This document shows, one piece after another, positions 32,719 to 33,182 of a stretch of 33,182 bases of DNA. The notes under the pieces are model-generated. The model did no database searches. It was not told the DNA's origin and was given only the letters and a program-made list of their open reading frames with translations. How positions within the stretch are numbered: the stretch's first letter is position 1; the number at the start of each line of letters is the position of its first letter. The DNA is from a virus. Made by a program: the position numbers and the translations under genes. The DNA is taken from the IMG/VR virus record IMGVR_UViG_3300047157_000061; one strand, 5' to 3'.

Positions 32719-32729
32719 AGAACAAGATC

Positions 32730-33101
32730 ATGGACAGCAAAACCACACAACTCACAACAAGACAACAGGCATTTATTGATAACCTATTAACAAATGGTGG
32801 TACTGCAACACAATGTGCGATCAAAGCTGGATACAGTCCCAAATCAGCCAAGGTCGAAGCAAGTCGCTTACTCAAGCATGACAAGGTGTTGAAGCAACTA
32901 CAGACACAAGCAATGAAGACACTCGGATACAGATCAATACAAGCATTGGATACAGTGTCTAACTTATCTGCGTCTGCTAACTCAGAGTACGTGAGATTGG
33001 AAGCAAGTAAGGATATACTTGATCGAGCTGGAATAAAACAGGATCAATCGGACACAAAGTCACTAGGTAATGCTATCCAAGTTAACATAGACCTTGGGTA
33101 A
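32730..33101 (+). CDS. terS: Terminase small subunit
   Basis: 123 aa. LTTRQQAFIDNLLTNGGTATQCAIKAGYSPKSAKVEASRLLKHDKV is the classic terminase small subunit HTH signature. The 3' third lies in the terminal repeat. Confidence 0.8.
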   Translation: MDSKTTQLTTRQQAFIDNLLTNGGTATQCAIKAGYSPKSAKVEASRLLKHDKVLKQLQTQAMKTLGYRSIQALDTVSNLSASANSEYVRLEASKDILDRAGIKQDQSDTKSLGNAIQVNIDLG

Positions 33102-33182
33102 ATTATGGTGCAGTGCTGTGTATACAAGATAAAGTTAAATATAGGTAGGGGTTCAAAAGTTACAGATTAATTAAGAGCAACA
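32957..33182. repeat. Terminal direct repeat, right copy (exact duplicate of 1..226)
   Basis: See the left copy. Confidence 0.9.

Noticed and set aside
24441-32729. A lysogeny module (integrase, repressor and attP), suggested by four small HTH proteins and the tRNA-like motif.
   Set aside because: I found no tyrosine or serine recombinase, excisionase or partition gene. The HTH proteins are small Cro/XRE-like regulators that lytic phages also carry. Temperate behaviour cannot be supported from this sequence.
25765-32884. + strand ORFs inside the - strand early block (25765..25959, 26510..26707, 27850..28056, 28230..28430, 30611..30805), and the - strand ORF 32687..32884 opposite the terS start.
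   Set aside because: They are embedded antisense in recognisable genes (Erf, exonuclease, DUF1064, ArdC-like, terS), have no translation signals and give low-complexity hydrophobic translations.

Overview
The window is one complete, strongly AT-rich tailed-phage genome of about 33 kb with a podovirus-type virion module. The first 226 bp are an exact copy of the last 226 bp (1-226 = 32957-33182), so the unique unit is 32,956 bp and terS runs across the junction. There are two convergent gene blocks. (1) A + strand late block runs from a sigma70-like promoter at 32691 through terS, around the junction, to 24237. Its order is: ten tiny overlapping ORFs (most extremely Lys/Arg-rich), terL, portal, scaffold, a GNAT-like protein, major capsid, gp11/gp12-like tail adaptor and nozzle, three internal/ejection proteins (202, 1154 and 1505 aa), two tail-fibre genes, a fibre chaperone, an AT-hook micro-protein and a 3TM holin. 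(2) A - strand early/middle block runs from 32101 down to 24441. It contains a monocistronic first gene with its own terminator, small unknown proteins, an ArdC-like protein, four small HTH proteins, a DUF1064-type nuclease and a replication organiser/helicase-loader split over two overlapping frames. It ends with a YqaJ exonuclease + Erf + SSB recombination module, a Zn-ribbon protein and a T4-type lysozyme. I found no RNA polymerase, DNA polymerase, primase, helicase, integrase, tRNA, rRNA or CRISPR array. Promoters I can read are host sigma70-like. The gene content and composition resemble marine, pelagiphage-like podoviruses; that is an inference from memory, not a search. The most interesting items are: the basic micro-protein cluster inserted between terS and terL; a cupredoxin-like domain with a full type-1 copper ligand set in the tail fibre; the frame-split replication gene; the ArdC-like gene followed by a 24-codon hydrophobic mini-ORF; a 628-bp non-coding divergent control region with iteron-like repeats and a GC-rich structured element; and a Shine-Dalgarno/hairpin/start-codon arrangement upstream of the tail adaptor gene. 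All family names come from motifs I recognise by eye. No database search was possible.
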